Assembly: GCF_000372725.1 (NCBI RefSeq)
Contig: NW_005202176.1
Location: 380,188-444,187 of the forward strand
Source: Emiliania huxleyi CCMP1516
Lineage: Eukaryota
Direction of reading: 5' to 3'
Length of the DNA stretch: 64,000 bases
Part shown: positions 59,601-62,600 of the stretch, piece by piece
How the letters are laid out: each line of letters opens with the position of its first letter
Position numbering within the stretch: the first letter of the stretch is position 1
Program-made: the position numbers and the translations under genes
Notes under the pieces: generated by a model
The model's database searches: none
Seen by the model: the letters and a program-made list of their open reading frames with translations, nothing else
Told to the model about the DNA's origin: nothing

Positions 59601-62600
59601 CCGACCGAAGCCGAGGACGCGACGTCCGCCGCTCGGCGTCGACCACGCACGACGCGATCGTCCCGCTGTAGCCGAAGGAGCTCACCGCCCCTGTCGCCGC
59701 CGCGCCACCGCCCACCTGGAGGAAAGGCGAGTGCTGCGACGGGAGCGACGCGGTCGGCGAGCCCTCAAAGACCGCCGCAATGTGCGGGTTGACCGTGCGT
59801 AGCTGCGCGTTCGGCGACGCGACGCCGCCGCCAAGACCGACGGCCAGCCGCAGCAGCCCGGAGCCGCCCGCCGCCGGCTCGCCGTGGCCGGCGTTGGCCT
59901 TGACGCTCCCGGTGGGCAACGCGCACTCGTCGCCGAGGTACGTCAGCACCGCCGCGGCGAGCGAGCGCATCTCGATCGGGTCGCCCAGCGCCGTGCCCGT
60001 GCCGTGCGCCTCCCACATCGACAGGTCCTCGCACGGCAGGGCCGCGTCCACCAGACTCGCGTCGAGCAGCGCGTGCTGGGCTCGCCCGTTCGGCGCGGTC
60101 AGGCTCGCGCTCTTCCCGTCTTGCCGCACGCAGCCGCCTCGCACCGCGAGCGTGCACGCCTCCACGCCCGTCGTGCGCAGCGTGAGCGCGCAGCACGCCT
60201 CGCCGCGCGCGTAGCCGTCGGCCCGAGCGTCGAAGGTGTGGCACCGGCCGCGCGCTGACAGCATGCCAGCCACAGCGAAGCACGTGCCCAAGTTCGGCAG
60301 CAGCATCAAGCTGACACCCGCTACGAGGCTGCCGATGCTCTCGCGCAGCTGCGTCGCCCGCAAGCCGGCGTGGCACGCCACCAGCGCGGCGGAGCACGCC
60401 GTGTCGTACGAGACGCACGGGCCCTGCAGGCCGAGCACGTAGGAAAGCCGGCCTGAAGCGATCGAGTGCGCGCTCCCCGTCGCGGCGTACACGCTCCCGC
60501 CCGCCGGCGACGCGTTCATCAGCAAATTGAAGTCCACGCTCGCGATCGCCACAAAGACGCCGAACGCCGTGTCCGCCAGGGCCGCCCGCTCGAGGCCTGC
60601 GCCGCGCAGCGACTCGTAGCCCCGCTCGAGCAGCAACCGCTGCTGCGGGTCCATCGACTGCGCCTCGGCGCTCGACACGCCGAAACGCGCGTGGTCAAAC
60701 AGCTCCGCGCCGTGGACAAACGCGCCGTGCCGCACGCGCCTCGCCACCTCGCCGTCGGAGGGGCTCGGCGCCTCAAGCGTCCAACGCTCGACGGGCACCT
60801 CCGACACGAGGTTGGCGGCGCACGCCCCAACGCGGCTCAGCGACGCCGCAGATGCGACACCCGACGGCAGCACCATCTGCAGCCCGCCCGCGCGCACCGA
60901 GTCGCGTGAGAAGCGAGAGGCCTCCACGCTACCGCCGACCGCCGACCGACGAGACGCCGCCGCCGCCGTCGCCTCGCCGCCGAGAGCAGCCGAGGCAAAG
61001 AAGGCAGCGAGCTGGCGCGCCGTCGGGTGGTCGAAAACCAGTGTGCTTGGCAGAGAGAGCGAGTCGCCCGCCGCGGCATGCAGCTGGTTGCGCAGCTCGA
61101 CGGCGCCGAGCGAGTCGACGCCCGCGTCCATCAGCGGCACGTCCGCGTCGAGCCCGCCTCCCGCGATTTGGCGAGCGATCTCCAGGACAAGGTCGAGGTC
61201 AACCGTGCTCTTGCCTGCAGACCCGCCGGCAGCGACGGCGGCCTTCGGCGCGGCGGAGCCACTCGAGGCCGCCAGCGACGACAGCAGCGGTGGCGTCGTG
61301 CCCATCGTCCGCACAAGCCGACGCCAGTCGACCACCAACAAGGCCAAGACTGGAGGCGCCTGCGGCACCGCGGCAGCCGCCAGTGCCGCCCGGCCCTGAG
61401 CGGCCGTGATCAAGCCGACCCCCGTCGCCTGCAGCCGACCGCCCACCGCGCCGCCCGCCGCCATACCCACGTCCGCCCACGGGCCCCACTGCACGCTCGA
61501 CGCCGCCAGCCCGTCGCCGCGCCGCCGAGCCGACAGCGCGTCGAGGCAGCAGTTGGCCGCGCTGTAGTTCGACTGGCCCGCGCCAAACAGGGCAGCCATC
61601 GACGAGAAGAGCACGAACGAGTCGAGCGGCGCAGCGGCGCACGCGCTCTGCAGGCACCACGCGCCGCCCGCCTTGGGCGCGTACACGCGGCGCAGCGACG
61701 CCGCCGTCTGCGAGCGCAGCAGCCCGTCCGACAGCACGCCCGCCGCGTGCCACACGCCGCGCCACTCCCGCACGCCCACGAGACGGCGCACGTCGGCAGG
61801 CTCCGACGCGTCGCAGCGAGCCGCGAGCAAGGCACACGAGGCCACCGACCCCGCCGATGTGTCCGCCTGCGCCGCGCCCACTCGCCCGCTGCGCGAGGAG
61901 AGCACCACCGCCGACGCGCCTCGGCCGACCAGCCAGCCCGCGGTCACAAAAGCCAGGCCCCCGCTCCCGCCCGTCACGATGTGCGACCCGTGCGCGCTCT
62001 GCTCGAGGAAGGCCACGCGGAGCACCACCTTCCCGGAGTTTGAGCCGCTCTGCAGGTACCGGAACGCCGCGACCGCCTCGCTCTCCAGGTCGAAGAGCTC
62101 CAGCGGCAGCCCGTGCAACACGAGCCGCCGGGCCCGCGCCGCCAGCTGGCGCAGCGCATGTTGGGTCCACTCCGGAGCGTGCTCCATCGTCGCGTCGAGC
62201 GCAAGCACCTCGTAGCGCAGATGCGCCGCCGACGACCACGCCCGCGCCGACGACCACACGCCGCGCTTGCCGATCTCGGCGAAGGTGCCGCCCTCGCGAG
62301 CCAGCGCCACCGAACAGGCGATGAAGTCGCCGGAGAGGCTGTTGAGCACGCAGTCCAACCGCCGCGAGCGCAAGGCCGCCAAGCCCGAAGCGTACGCGCC
62401 GCCGTCGCGCGAGCTGCCCATCCCCCCCTCCAGGCCCAATGCGCGCAGAACGCGGTGCTTGCGTGGCCGCCCCGCGGTCGTGCCAGTCGCTAGCCGAAGC
62501 CAGTGGCTGTACTCCACAGCCGCAAGGCCAACTCCGCCCGCGCCCGCATGCACGAGCAGCCGGTGCCGGGCCAGCGGACGCGAGCCGCAAAACGCGGCAT